Positions 1-11,755 of a stretch of 50,725 bases of DNA are shown here, piece after piece. Location: positions 775,658 through 826,382 of the forward strand of contig WELB01000020.1 of assembly GCA_009602725.1 (NCBI GenBank). Direction: 5' to 3'. The translations under genes and the position numbers were made by a program. The DNA comes from Spirogloea muscicola. Taxonomy: Eukaryota. The first letter of the stretch is position 1. Each line of letters starts with the position of its first letter. Under the pieces are notes generated by a model. That model was not told the origin of the DNA. It saw nothing but the letters and a program-made list of their open reading frames with translations, and searched no databases.

Positions 1-124
<124 letters not shown>

Positions 125-537
125 GTGGGGGGGAGAGGGGGGGGGGGGCTTTATATAGTGGGAGAATGTCAACAGAAGGAACAACCTATCGGCAATAGCC
201 AACAATCTATGCGAGCATGGCTGTCAAATCCCACGTAATTCTTGCTCCAAAATGACAGCCCACCTGAGGCAGATCAAAACCAGCAAAAGCTGCTGATTTC
301 TATACAGCGGCAAGGCAGGCGCCTGAGCTGGCCGTCATTGAGCTGGGCTTGTTTGTCGTGGCAGCTGGGGGGGATGCAGGGACCACTTTCTTTGGACTGT
401 GCCGTCCCTTCTTGCCCCGAACCTGCCTGGCTTCCTTATGAGCATCAGACACCATCTGGAGAGTCGCGCAACACCAGGAGGGTATGAGGAATGCCAGAGC
501 TCAGCTGACATCATGGGAGAGTGTCTCACACAGTCAA

Positions 538-2841
538 TCAGAGCAGCTGGTGACTCACCCCCATGCAGAATCGCGCTTCTGTACACCCACTCAGAGCAGG
601 CCCCTGCTCTGAGTGGACGCAACCATTTCGCTCAGGTTCTGGTGTGGCAGTGGTGACCACTTGCGAGGAGGCGTGCCCCTCACGATTCCCGTCTCTAAGG
701 ACGGATGGGCAGGAGAGTCCATCTACACTGTCAGCAGCATGCGCAGCGTGCGCAATGCCAGCGTGCTGATTGTGGTGCTCCTGTTTCGTCGACAAATTGG
801 TAGAGGCGTTGTTGACTATGGCACTCCCATCTTTTCTACATACGTCCCCTGACCAGGACCCCTGGTCGCAAGTGCCACTGCCTCCTTGACTCTGCTTTGG
901 AAGAAAGCTACAGTGAGGAGACGGCCCAACCATCATGCTCTGCATCAAGTCGCTGAGATGGTCCAGGCTCTCCTGTTGCATGTCCTGGTATGAAGAAGAG
1001 TGCAGTCCTACATCAGCATACTGTGCGCGTGTAATTGGTCACTGTGAGGTTACCTCAACGTCAGAGAATGGAACAAGATGCTGAAACCACTTGTAAGGAA
1101 ATTATCTGAGCACATGACTCTAAGCTGTAGCAGCAGTGCTTGATTCACATACCGTTAACCAGTCCTCAGCATCCTCCACGTGAACATTGTCAAAGTGCTG
1201 CCGCATCAGCGACAGCGTGCAGAGACTGACGCCGTCCAAGATGCAGGTCAGCTTGCCAATGGCATCCTGCAGAGAAGGGCAGCTGATGTTGCAAGTCACT
1301 CACCAAAGTAAGTCTGAGTAGGTCATATTGTCAATAGCAACTTCATGCTGAGCTGTACATTTCCAAGAGCCAGCCAAGGATACCGCAATGTGAGCAACAG
1401 AGGTACTACCTTCTCCACATGAACCTCCATGAAACTCTGCATCAACTCATTCTTTACATCCCACGATTTTGCGGGGCTTGAACAGCTGACGCTATTGCTC
1501 GGAGAGTCATGAGCACTAAGAAAGGAGGACAGCAGGATGTCCTGCGCCTGACTTTCCAGCTCCGTGCATGCCTCTGAGCTTGAGCAAGCCGCAAAGGGCA
1601 TTGCAAAATTCTGCAGTAAAAGCCAGAGGCAATGAGCACCTCAAAGACACTGCATGGATGCCACTAGCAGGAGGAGTACACACCAATCTATTAAGCAACA
1701 GTGAAATGGAAAAACGTAAATGTGAGTGCTTGTCACATCAAGTAAAGAGGAGTCGAAAACAGCAACGGCAGACCTTGCACTTCATGTCCATCATGTCGTC
1801 CATCATAACAGTCAGCTCAGCAATCAACCCGTCCAACTCAGTCACATCCTGGACCAGGCAAGGCATACTCAATAGTCTAACCAAGAGCTACTCAAAAGTA
1901 CAAGGATGTTGAAACAATTTGCAGTCATACACAGATGGACTGAAAGTGGGTAGAGCAGTGAAAACCTTACTTGCCCTGTGTCGTCTTCCTCATCCGACTC
2001 CAGGATGCCAAGGTCATAGCGACTTCTCTTGATGTCATCCGACAATACTAGTTTTCAAAAACACAAGCATGGACCACTAATCAAGCATCAGCAGCAGGGT
2101 AGCCTTCCTTGACAATCAAATACGCCAGCTTTGCAGACAGTCAATCATTCTGATTTTTATTTTCTTGATAGTGCTGATTGTGCGACTTCGATCAAGTTAA
2201 TGATATGTTCAACTTGGTCGGTCGTCTCCAATAAGTATTTAGCCAATGGGCTGCTGCTGGGGCGAGTGGTGCAATGGCCAAAGGACTGACCAGAGTATGC
2301 CTCCTGGATCGCCTGGAAGGCGTGCTTGGCCACCTCCAGGTCCTTGCCGCACTTGTCAGGGTGCCACTTCTAAATGCAGGAAAAAAGTGGCGACAGGTGT
2401 TGCCCAGTGGCATTGCCTCAGCCACAATGCACCAAAGAGTCATAGACACTTGGGCTCACACATTTGCAGGGACATCTATCATACCATTAAGACGTTGATT
2501 TTCCAGTCGTATCCATGTGGACCTATCCAAACCAGGAGAAGGCCAGGGACTGCCAGGCGCAGGCCTGGTAACACAATCAAGGAGGCTGCTAGGGCAGGCA
2601 GGGCAAGCACTCGCTGGCTGCACCACGCGTCTGACGCGCACGCAGCTGGTCAATGCGCGCGTCTGCGCGTGCCTAAGCATCTCTGGTTGCGCCGTCGGGA
2701 GCTCGGTCAGCAGCGACGCAATGAGCAGGCGCGCACCATAGCCAGGCGCTTGTACGCCGCGCGGATGTCGTCGGCGGAGCACCCCTTGTTGATCCCCAGC
2801 ACGAGGTAGAAGCACCGCGGGTTGTCGCGCTCGCAGTCCAT
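538..2841 (-). CDS. DnaJ (J-domain) chaperone-family protein, about 7 exons
   Basis: Spliced J domain with the HPD motif: MDCERDNPRCFYLVLGINKGCSADDIRAAYKRLAM (2841-2737) | KWHPDKCGKDLEVAKHAFQAIQEAYS (2369-2291) | VLSDDIKRSRYDLG.. (2047-1971). Further GT-AG-bounded exons at ~1848-1774, 1610-1410, ~1266-1153 and ~984-538. The 3' end is less certain. Confidence 0.85.
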
Positions 2842-3525
2842 CAGAGCGACGCGGCGGCGGGGACCTTCTGGCCGTCGAGCGGGTTCGACCACCTCGCAGA
2901 GCGCCTCCGGTCACATCATCGCTGCGGCAGCAGCAACCGAGCGCCGCGGAGCTCCCGGCGCGCGGCGGCGGCGGCGGCGGCGACGGCGGCACCGCTCCCT
3001 CTTCCTCGCGCCTCGGCGAGGCCGCACTGCGCCCCGCCGAGGCCGGGCCAGCACAGCTAGCGACACGATGGCGTTGCCGGCGATGGCTGGACCGCCGGCC
3101 TCCACGAGCGGCGCAGCCCTGCAGCGAGGCGGGGCCGGGAGCGCAGCGCAGCAGGGCGCCGGGACGAGCCACGGGGCAGCAAGCCCGGCGGCGGCGGCAG
3201 CGGCGGCGGCGGCGGCGGGCTGGCCGGGATTGGCGGCGCGCAAGGCGGGAAGCACGTCGGCGCGAGGTAGGTCCCGCTGATGGGGGCCCGCAAGAATCTG
3301 CACAGGTGCTGTATTCTGGTAAAGAATCTACGCCGGCGTCGGACTCGGGGGGGGTCCTTGCGGAAGGTCCGCGAAGCGACCGGGTTGGGGGGGCGCGCTG
3401 GAGGGCGTGCCACCTGGCGGGAGTGACCGGGTCGCCCAGGACTTCGGCGACGTCGCCGGTACGGGGCGACGTCGGTCAGCCGGGTCGCAGGGCGTCGCCT
3501 GCGGGGGAAGGCTCCAGAAGGAAAA

Positions 3526-4070
3526 CGTGTGTATTAAGAGATGGGGAGGCCATGTCTGGCCAAGTACAAACGCAAGCACATTGATAAATGTACGTCACCT
3601 GCCGCTAAGCTGACCCGCTCAGTAACCACGAGTCAGCACATAGAGGTCGCTAACTGATGCTCGAATACCGGACGGCAATCGACAAGCTCTTGAACTACCA
3701 GCCAAGGCTCGACCAGCTTTCTGATGCAACGCATGAGCCTGAGCTCGCTGCAGACAAGCTGACACTCGACGTCGCAAAAATGACAGATAGGCTGCCGGCA
3801 TACCCATCTGGGCTGGAAGCATATCTTCGCGTCGTGCATAACCCAGACTTGCTATGTTCTCAAGTAGGGTATGGAAGCGAGGACCCAAGCAGACAAAAGT
3901 GTTGATTGCGGCCGGGAGAAGGTGGTCGCTGCGGGGGTAGTCAGAAGCAAGCGCGGCCAGAGTAGTGTAGGAGCTTTCTCTGCTCAGCACCTCCCACTGC
4001 GTGGCCAGCAGTGTGTGTGGAAGCGGAACTCTCATACAATGGGCGATAAGTGGCGAGAAGTGGTCCTCCC
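3526..4070 (-). mobile_element. 5'-truncated RLE-type (CRE-like) non-LTR retroelement fragment, subfamily A
   Basis: Encodes DHLLPAAINTFVCLGPRFHTLL..LRRRVSACLQRAQAHALHQKAGRAL..DLYVLTRGY* (stop 3621-3619), followed by a 3' UTR. Near-identical to the copy at ~49180-49470. Confidence 0.75.
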
Positions 4071-5733
4071 ACTGGGGGCAAGGGCTGTGCAAAGCCAGCC
4101 CGAAAAGAATTGTCAAAGGTTCGAAGGGGCCAAAATGAAGGAGGGGCGTGAGGAAGGCTGTGAGGAACCGAAAAGGCTGTGAAAAGCCAGCCCGAAAAGT
4201 ATTGACAAACGTCGAAGGGGCCAAAACGCGCTGTCTCAGGACTGGGGTAGGATGATTCACAAAACAACCACGAGTGAGGAACCGCACATCCGAAAGACTA
4301 GCACAGACAACCTCCGAAGTGGCCGGAATAGATGTGAGCTCTTCCAAAGAAGAGAATATCAGTAGGAGGGCGATGGTTGTAATTGAGAGGAGAAGGGCTC
4401 GCCCATTGAGGATAGGGGCTGGAAAAAGCCAGCCCAAAAAGAGAATAAACAAAGGACGAGAAGGGGCCAGGGGAAGCACTAAGAAAAACAAGCACAAGAA
4501 GAAATTAAGCAGCTACGAAGCACTCAGTAACCCTTGCTAAGCAGCCTCAGGTTAGAGAGACTGGGTTCCTGGAAGCGGGTCCCCTGACCAGAGCCAGAGG
4601 CAGCAGCGAGGGCTCTGCCGGCGCGCAGGTGCAGCGCGCGGACCATGGACCTCTACAGCGAGACGGCCAAGCGCATGCGGTACAACTGCGGTAGCGAACC
4701 AGCTGCATGGAAGTCCACCTGCTCCGTATGGAAGTGGCGGACAATGGCGTGGGCGTGAGAGCTGGTTGAGCAGCTCGAGCCACCCGCCGGGCGCCCATCG
4801 CCCTGTGCGTATCAATGGCGAGCGGGAAGAACTCGTCTTCCTGCGGGTGATCTGCACATTTGAGCTCCTTGGCCTGAGCGGCGCAGGCTACCGCATACCC
4901 AGTCTTGGCGGCACACTGGGCTGGGTCAGCGGCCACCACGTCCAGGATAAGACGTGGCTGTCATTGGCCGCAAGAAAAACGAATGGACAAACTTTGAAGG
5001 GGCCAAGATAACATTTAAAAAAGCGGGCCGGGGCGGGGCGGGGGCTGTGAAAGAAAGTGCCCGCCCATTGAGAAGAGGGGCTGGCAAAGCCAACCCAAAA
5101 AGAATGGACAATGTTCAAATGTGAAAGGAAGTGAGAGCGGGGACTGCGGAAAGCCAGCCCAGAAGGAAGTGCTCGCCCCGAGAGTAAGAAGAAGAAAGTG
5201 CTCGCCCATTGAGAATAGGGGATGGAAAAGCCAGCCCAAAAAAGAATGAACAGAGTACGAGAAGGGGGCCAGGGGAAGCGCTAAGAAAAACAAGCACACA
5301 GAGAAACAAAGCAGCTACGAATCACTCAGTAACCTCTGCTAAGCAGCCGCAAGTCGGAGATGCCAGGCTCGTGGAAGTGGGTTCCCTGGCCAGAGCCAGA
5401 GGCAGCAGCGAGGGCTCTGCCGGCACGAAGGTGCAGCGCCCGGGCCATAGACCTCTGCAGTGAGACGGCCAGGCGCATGCGATACACTTGCGCCAGCGAC
5501 CCGGCTGCAGGAAAGTCTACCAGCTCCCCATGGAAGCGACGGGTGATGGTGTGGCGGGCGAGCTGGGTGAGCAGCTCGAGCCACCGAGCGCTCAGCGCCC
5601 CAGGACGAGAAAGAGCTCTTCCAATTGTGTGCTTGTATTTCTTAGCGCTTCCCCTGGCCCCCTTCTCGTCCTTTGTTGATTCTTTTTTGGGCTGGCTTTT
5701 CCAGCCCCTATTTTCAATGGGCGAGCACTTTCT
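4070..5733 (-). mobile_element. Array of RLE retroelement 3' fragments (subfamily B plus isolated terminal hairpins)
   Basis: ORF pieces AKTGYAVACAAQAKELKCADHPQEDEFFPLAIDTH (~4930-4800) and AGSLAQVYRMRLAVSLQRSMARALHLRAGRAL..DLRLLSRGY* (5600-5326). The B 3' UTR occurs at 4415-4530 and 5194-5325, and inverted at 5626-5733. Several GGGCTGG/CCAGCCC hairpins are present. Confidence 0.75.
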
Positions 5734-6852
5734 TCCAATCGGAGTTCTTTCTCTCCAAGGGCCAAATGGCACTAAAGGCAGGATACGACTCCTCAAGACG
5801 TCAGCGAGTGAACGCTCATTAGAAAGAATGAACAAGGTTTAGAGGGGCCGAGAGGCGCCAAAAGAAACAGCGCTTCCAAAACCACACAGCTATGCAGAAA
5901 ACTATGCCGAGTAGGAGCTTAATAACCCCGAGTCAGCAGCCGCAAATCGAGAGTAACTTGCAATAGCTAGTGCAGAAATTGGGGCTAGATTAAACGAAGT
6001 CCTTGTCCATTCTTTCAGGCCTTGTCCCTTCCCACAGCCACTGCTGTCAATGGAAGCGCTTTTCCCAATCAGACGAAGCCCCATGCTAAGGTGGCTGAGG
6101 CATCGGTGTGACGTCGGAAACCCCAAGAGTGAGCACAGAGCGGGAGAGCCACTCGCCTCGTCGAACGGCACGGCAACGCCGTGTTGGGAGGGAACGGGAC
6201 GAGAAGGTGCACGGGGGTGGGGAGATATTGCGCGGCTGCCGCCGCCCCCGGGCCGCGACACGGCGCCCGATACCGCGCCCCCCCGGATCCCGCCCTTGTC
6301 GGCTTCCCAACTCAGGGCATGTTGCCACGCCAGTGCCGATTAACATGCAGTCAACTTGGCCGCGCTTTCTTCAACATCGCCATCCACAGCCGGGATCTGC
6401 GCTTCAAAGCGCATGATGGCTGGACATTAAGTCATTGTTCCATGGGCTGGCCCTCGCGCCCTTTTTGTGCCAAAAGAGTTGAGAGAAGTTGCGCGATGTG
6501 CAGGAATGAGAGGGAGGCCAAGCCGAGCCGATGCGTCCACCCGTCTTTTAACAGGAAGTGCGAAGGCTGGGGCCACAGCGAAGACCTGGCTACGAGCGGC
6601 AAGCGATACGAAGCCCTTCCAAACGGGCGACCGCAGCGAGGGCCAAAGCCCAATAGCATGGGACGAAGGTCCAAAGTATGGGTCCTTGGCGTGGCGAGAT
6701 TGTTGGCGAGTCCCCTATGTTCCCCTCCTTTTTTTTTTTAAGAAGAAAGGGCTCGCCCATTTTTTTGGGCTGGCCAAGTACAAGCCATTGCTCTCTACTG
6801 AAGAATCATTCTTTCCTTAGTGGGCGCCCCCTTCGCGCAGCCTCGGTACGGA

Positions 6853-8375
6853 AGAAAGTGCTCGCCCATTGAGGATAGGGGCTGGAAAAGCCACCCCAAA
6901 GACGAAGAAACAAAGTACGAGAAGGGGCCAGGGGAAGCTAAGAAAAACAAGCACACAAAGAAACAAAGCAGCTACGAATCACTCAGTGACCCCTGCTAAG
7001 CAGCCGCAGATAAGAGATGCTAGGCTTCTGGAAGTGGGTCCCCTGGCCAGAGCCAGAGGCAGCAGCGAGGGCTCTGCCTGCACGAAGGTGCAGCGCGCGG
7101 GCCATAGACCTCTGCAGCTAAACGGCCAGGCGCAGACGATACACTTGCGCCAGCGACCCGGCTGCAGGAGTGTCTACCGTACGAGGAAATGAACGGGGGG
7201 GTTGCTCGCCCACCCCGCGGCCGTGCCCACCGGCCACGCCTGGCCACGTGGGCCCCTGGTTGGTTGGGCCAGCCCGGCGGCTCTTCATCAGCCGCCAGCC
7301 GGCCGAGCCAGCGAGCTTCCCGTACGTGCCCGTCTTTCTCCCGACTTCCTTCCCGTACGAGCCCCGATGTGCTGACGGATTGGGCCGAGTGGTGACCGCA
7401 GCTATTCGAGGCAGCACCCCACCTTCTCACTCCCAGAAAGAGAGAAGGCGCGCGGGGCGCATGAATTGAAAGGGAGGCCAATTCAAGCCAATACATTGTT
7501 CAGGCAGAGTCGAGTGCAGACTAAACAATGCTACATAATACGGAGACCTAATCTAAGGTACCTAAGATGACATTAGTACCCACGGGTGAGCAGAAAGAGA
7601 GAAGAGAGAAGGGGCGCGGTGTGCACATTTAAGAAATCGCTTGCAATGAGGGAGAAAAACGCTTCCAAGAGAAGGTGGTGGCTGGTAGAGGCCAGCCCAG
7701 AAAATAGATTGAACCAAGGGTGGCCCAGAAAGTTGTGGACCTTGTGACGAAATAGAAATAGACGAAAGGGGCCAGGCTAGAGGGAATGGGCGTGCACCCC
7801 AGAGAAGTAGCTCTTCCAAGGAGTGCCACTTCTTCCAAGCGGGATGTCTGTAAACGAAGATGCAGCCCTACCGCTTTTCTTTGGCTTTGAACATTGTCCA
7901 TTCTTTTTGGGTTGGCTTTGCCAGCCCCTCTTCTCAATGGGCGAGCACCTTCTTCTACCGCGGGGGGCGAGGGGCTGTGCTAGGCCAGCCCCAAAGAATG
8001 GGGATTTGACGAAATGTGAATGAGCTTTGCCGCAGAGCTATGACAGTTGTGCACCAGTGGTGGGAGCCCACAAAAGTGCCCTGTTGAGAGGACACAGTAG
8101 CTGCCAGCCAAACAAATGGACGAAGACGCAAGGCGAAGAACCAGCGCGAAAAGCCTCCAAGCAAGCACTGGCCGCGTTCAGTGATCAGTTTGTGAGTGCG
8201 CACGGCCAGCAGATAACAATAGCTCAACAGAAAGGGGCGACGGCTGCAGACGACCAGCGCCCAAAAGTAGTGTGGCCAGATGGAATGAAGAAGGTCTCAC
8301 TGGGAAAGAAAGAAGTGCTCGCCCATAGAGAAGAGGGGCTGGCAGAGCCAGCTCAAAAAGAATGGACAATGTCCA
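6853..8375. mobile_element. Cluster of RLE retroelement 3' fragments (B at 6853-7170 minus; E at 7436-7592 minus; terminal pieces 7670-8375 on both strands)
   Basis: High identity to the B copies at 5194-5500 and 40082-40300 and to the E copy at 26975-27073. Repeated terminal hairpin motif. Confidence 0.7.
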
Positions 8376-9024
8376 TTTACTGGGAAGCCTCGATGCGGAT
8401 TCGCATAGCAAGCAACGACAGACAGAGTGAGACTGCTGCTGCTGGATGCGGCTGCCGAACCAGAGAAAGTAAGCAGGGCGTCTGGTCTTTGTCCTGGGGA
8501 AGCCCCGACGATCAGAGCGCAAGCCACTCGGGTAGGCGAGCGGCGATGTCGGAGGCGCGGGGAAATCGGAGTCTGTAATATTGAGTGATGGAGGGCCTGA
8601 GTGGCCTGAGTGGGGCGCATGGGTGGCGACACCGTACACCCAGAGCGCCGGAATGAGGATCGTATTTGTCACCGCGGGTCAGGGCGGGGGGGAAGATAGC
8701 TGCTCGTGGCAGCGGGATCCCCCCCCCTCCTCCCTCCTCCCCCCCTCCTCCCTCCCTCCTCCGCCGGCGGCGCTTGGGATCCCCACCGCCGCACGCGCGC
8801 GCCGCCGCGGGGCCTCAGGATCCCGGGACGCGTCATCAGCGGAGGCCGCGCCTGCCGGACACTGCCCGGCGCGGCCGCGCCGGATTTGGGATTCCGCCCG
8901 CCAGGGTGGGCGGCCGGTGTTGCCGCGAGTGCGGACACCGGCCGCCCAGGTTCCATCGGACGGCCACCGGCTGCGAACTGCCGTCTGCCGCAGATCGGTG
9001 CCGTCCGCGGGGGGTCAGAGGGGG

Positions 9025-9047
9025 CTAAACCCTAAACCCTAAACCCT
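9025..9047 (+). repeat. Three tandem plant-type telomeric repeats (CCCTAAA), telo-box-like
   Basis: ctaaaccctaaaccctaaaccct, located just upstream of the Tubby coding region. Confidence 0.8.
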
Positions 9048-9354
9048 CCCCCCTCCCCCCGCGCGCGCGCCCAGTGGGGCCCCCCCTCCCTCCGCCCCGC
9101 CCGGGAGAGCCCCCCCCCCTCCTCTCCGCCGCCCAACCTGCCCCGGCTCATCCCGCTTCATCNNNNNNNNNNNNNNNNNNNNNNNNNNNNNNNNNNNNNN
9201 NNNNNNNNNNNNNNNNNNNNNNNNNNNNNNNNNNNNNNNNNNNNNNNNNNNNNNNNNNNNNNNNNNNNNNNNNNNNNNNNNNNNNNNNNNNNNNNNNNNN
9301 NNNNNNNNNNNNNNNNNNNNNNNNNNNNNNNNNNNNNNNNNNNNNNNNNNNNNN

Positions 9355-10764
9355 TGCCGTCGCCCTCGCCGACGTCGTCTCCGCCGCCTCCGCCGTCGCC
9401 GCCGCCGCCGGCGGCGCCGGCGTCGGCTTCGTCTTCACCTTCCCAGCGCAGCTGCGAGCGCCGGGCCCGCGCGACCGCCCCGTGGAGTGCTACATTCGGC
9501 GCAACCGGCGCGCCGGCACGTACACGCTGCACCTGGGCCCGCAGCCCGCCGGCGGCGCCGCCGCGCCCGATGGCAAGTTCTTGCTCGCCGCGCGGAAGTC
9601 CGGCTGGCGGCCGTCCTCCACGGACTACGCCATCAGCGCCGACCCCCGCTGCTTCAGCGCCGCCTCGCCGTCGTCCGCCGCTGCCGGCGGCCCCGTGCTC
9701 GGCCGCCTCCACGCCAACTTCCTGTCCACCAAGTTCACCGTGTTTGACAACGCCCCCAACGCCCGCGGCAACAGCGGGGGTTCGACTCCTCCGGGATCTG
9801 GATCCGCTGCCATTTCTGCCCCCTCCTTCCTCTCCTCGGGCAAGGCCGCGAGCGGCGGCGGCGGTGGCAATGGTGGCGGCGTGACTGTGGCCGTGAACTA
9901 CGCGCTCAACGTGCTGGGCACCCGCGGGCCCCGCCGCATCACCTGCACCCTGCACACGGTGCCCAGCAAGTCGCCGCCGGTGTCGCCGACGGCGCCGGCA
10001 CAGGCCACGGCCACGGCGTCGTCTGCCAGCTCCCTGGCCAGGAGCCCCGCGACCACCGCGATCGCCGCCACCGGGGCCCATCCCGGAGTGTGGGCCTCCT
10101 CGTCCTCTTCCTCGTCCTCCTCCTCGACGAATTCCAGCAGCACGGTTGGTTCACGATCGCGGGCCGCAGTGGCAGACTGCTTCAAGTGCACCGGCAGCGA
10201 CTGCGGCTGCCCTGGCAACGGTGCCGGTGCCGGTGGCCTCGAGCCCATGGTGCTGAAGAACAAGCCGCCCCGTTGGCACGAGCAGCTACAAGTGAGCTGC
10301 CGCTTCGGCCCCCACCACCTGCCGCTACCGCTGTGGCAGCCTCGGCCGCCAGCTTCCATAGTCCAGCTCTGCATTGCAGTTGGCTTGCGAGATTGCTTCT
10401 GAGCCCCATTGGTGCAGCAGCCGCTCTTCTCGTGCAATATCTGCCATGATCTCACGGTCGCGCTGCTCTGGCCGCCTCGCAGTGCTGGTGCCTCAACTTC
10501 CGGGGCCGTGTGACGGTCGCGTCCGTCAAGAACTTCCAGCTAGAGAGTGGTGCCATCTGCGACGGTGGCGTTGCAGGAGGCGGCAGCAGTGCCGCAGGGG
10601 CCGCTGCTGCCCCCTCCTCCTCCTCCTCCGATAAGCCCGTGCTGCTGCAGTTCGGCAAGATTGGCAAGGACACGTTCACGATGGACTACCGCTACCCGCT
10701 TTCGGCCTTCCAAGCCTTTGCCATCTGCCTCAGCAGCTTCGACACCAAGGTCGCCTGCGAGTAG
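9355..10764 (+). CDS. Tubby-like protein (plant TLP type); 5' end lost in N gap
   Basis: Tub-domain motifs [63 protein letters not shown] and [13 protein letters not shown]. Intron 10292-10482 (GT..AG). Last exon reads [59 protein letters not shown]. Confidence 0.93.
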
Positions 10765-11755
10765 TGGCCGTCCCCATCGTCCAGACGCAATGCACCAAGG
10801 GCAGCTTGCTCTACCACGCCTTGCTGCCAGTCCTGCCTCGCTTGTGGCATGCCACAAAGGCTAGTCTCTCGCTCTTCTGACTTCAGATTTGTGGAACGCC
10901 CCGTATAGCTCATCTCGCTTACAGGCTGCTTGAAGGCTGACACATGGAGCACCTTATGTATGCAATAGTTGTAGTTTTTCTTGCACCTCTCTGCCAGCTT
11001 CTACAAGTTGGGGCTACCTGATAAGCGGCAGCTCCTTCAGCAGCCTGATTGTGCGTGCAATGATAGACCACCACTTGTGGAAGGTCCATAGCCAGCAGGA
11101 AGAGATTGGCTCGAGTTGCTACTCAGCCACCCAACACCTGCTAGCTATGTCTGTAGTGGTCCTTGGGTCTGCTGCGTAGTTGTTAGAGCAGCTCATAGCA
11201 TGCGGCCTTGCCACGTTACTCGTGGCACTGGCGCAGCATGCAGAGCATTATTTATGACCTCAAGTATTAGTCCTGCCTTCAGGGTACTTGCTGCGGGGAA
11301 GAGGGACAACTTCTATGCACCGCTTCAAGCTGATGCTCAGGCCTTCGATTGAAAGCACCTGCCTGCACATTGTGTTTGCGATTGTGTTCATGTGTGCAGT
11401 CAACAAGGACTAGCTCTCTCGATGGTCTGCACTGACAGCATCAAACAAGGCTAATCCGGCAGCACATGGTGGTCGAGCAGCTTGCGGCTACTGCAAACTG
11501 GCTGTTCAAGCATGCAACCCGGTGCTGGGCACTGAGGTTGCTGACTTTCACGTTGCTCGCTAGTCACAAGTGTCACATCAAGATGAAGGCCAGACCCCAC
11601 GTGGAGTAGCAGAGCGTGCTAGAGCTGCACACCTCCGGCTGGTAGAGGTCTTGGCCAGTGTCAGTGAAGGCTGCAGCGCTCCAGCTCGTGTTGCTACAAT
11701 TGCGATCTGAAGCTGTCAATGGCATCAAGGGGGATGCGAGGCTGGTCGTATCTGG

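Noticed and set aside
2456..3413. Long overlapping Arg/Ala/Pro-rich ORFs upstream of DnaJ
   Set aside because: Products of GC-rich and (GGC)n sequence with no recognisable domain; likely 5' UTR or promoter.
3619..4497. 292-aa ORF as an intact gene
   Set aside because: It is a chance read-through across several fused element fragments; only the C-terminal part is nuclease-derived.
5300..5345. Hammerhead ribozyme in the element UTR (ctgagtga..)
   Set aside because: No CUGAnGA plus GAAA core with supporting stems could be found by eye.
5688..5706. Hairpin as a histone 3' stem-loop
   Set aside because: The resemblance is superficial (TTTT loop). Stem and loop lengths differ and no histone ORFs are upstream.
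4070..5733. Recurring palindromic repeat as a CRISPR array or bacterial REP/terminator
   Set aside because: Irregular spacing, both orientations, no unique equal-length spacers, no cas genes and a eukaryotic context. The repeats are tied to retroelement UTRs.
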